DNA of 48,079 nucleotides, from assembly GCA_041891535.1 (NCBI GenBank), contig JASDTM010000116.1, forward strand, positions 9,473 through 57,551, read 5' to 3'. Below, in pieces: positions 47,794 to 48,079 of this stretch. Below the pieces are notes generated by a model. The model ran no database searches, was not told the origin of the DNA, and was given only the letters and a program-made list of their open reading frames with translations. Both the position numbers and the translations under genes were made by a program. Positions within the stretch are counted from its first letter, which is position 1; each line of letters opens with the position of its first letter. The DNA comes from Clostridiaceae bacterium (GTDB lineage: Bacteria; Bacillota; Clostridia; Clostridiales; Clostridiaceae).

Positions 47794-48079
47794 ATGCAAA
47801 ATAAGATAGGATTGGAGCAAAAGCTTGAGCAAAGGCTTAATCTCACCCAGGAAATGAAGATGAGTATTGAGATCCTGAAGCTTAACGGAGCAGAGCTCTT
47901 AGAATATGTTATGGATGAATCACAAAACAATCCGGCTGTAGATTCCGATCACGTTGTTTCGCAGGTTGAAAAGCTGAATGAAAACTACAATCTTCCTGAT
48001 TTAGTAAAGTATCTTGATACTCCGGGAACAAGCTATACAACCTATGAACCCTCAGACAATGAAATGCCGGAGTTCAATA
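47794..48079 (+). CDS. rpoN: RNA polymerase sigma-54 factor, N-terminal part (3'-truncated by the window edge)
   Basis: AAAGGAGG SD; MQNKIGLEQKLEQRLNLTQEMKMSIEILKLNGAELLEYVMDESQNNPAVD matches the Region I activator-interacting pattern; open to the end of the window. Confidence 0.82.
   Translation, partial: MQNKIGLEQKLEQRLNLTQEMKMSIEILKLNGAELLEYVMDESQNNPAVDSDHVVSQVEKLNENYNLPDLVKYLDTPGTSYTTYEPSDNEMPEFN

Noticed and set aside
1-48079. CRISPR arrays, IS elements, prophage or defence systems
   Set aside because: No regularly spaced repeats, transposase/integrase, phage or nuclease-type ORFs were seen. The inverted repeats found appear single-copy and are mostly terminator-like.

Overview
AT-rich core chromosome of a low-GC Firmicute, probably a peptide-fermenting Clostridiales anaerobe (inferred from gene content). 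No CRISPR array, integrase, transposase or prophage was seen. The left third (1.7-15.7 kb) is a co-directional cluster: oppABCDF, a C39-like peptidase, LD-carboxypeptidase, a class A beta-lactamase-like hydrolase, a YkfC-like NlpC/P60 peptidase, L-Ala-D/L-Glu epimerase, DppA, LysA and DapF. It reads as a cytoplasmic line that dismantles peptidoglycan stem peptides and ends in DAP-to-lysine salvage. A DmpA peptidase and a NagZ-like GH3 lipoprotein lie nearby. Three signals are missed by the ORF track. (1) A 44-codon gene at 19750-19884 has an in-frame TGA in a S-U-C motif and a SECIS-like hairpin 11 nt downstream, making it a candidate small selenoprotein. (2) The beta-lactamase-like gene seems to start at a non-canonical ATA (9782), which restores its catalytic SxxK serine. 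(3) A sigma-54 promoter precedes a dihydroorotase-like gene with an altered active site, and rpoN itself begins at the right edge of the window. The rest encodes GDH, an AGCS amino-acid symporter, tRNA-Ser(UGA), MATE, an Fbp/Afu-type ABC importer with a PHP hydrolase, an S9 peptidase, PPK2-HAD-kynureninase, an ECF S component with DUF3842, an MhpD-like protein, an ABC-2 exporter, a CofE-like ligase, ZupT and a GH13 glucosidase. All family calls come from motif recognition; no database search was run.
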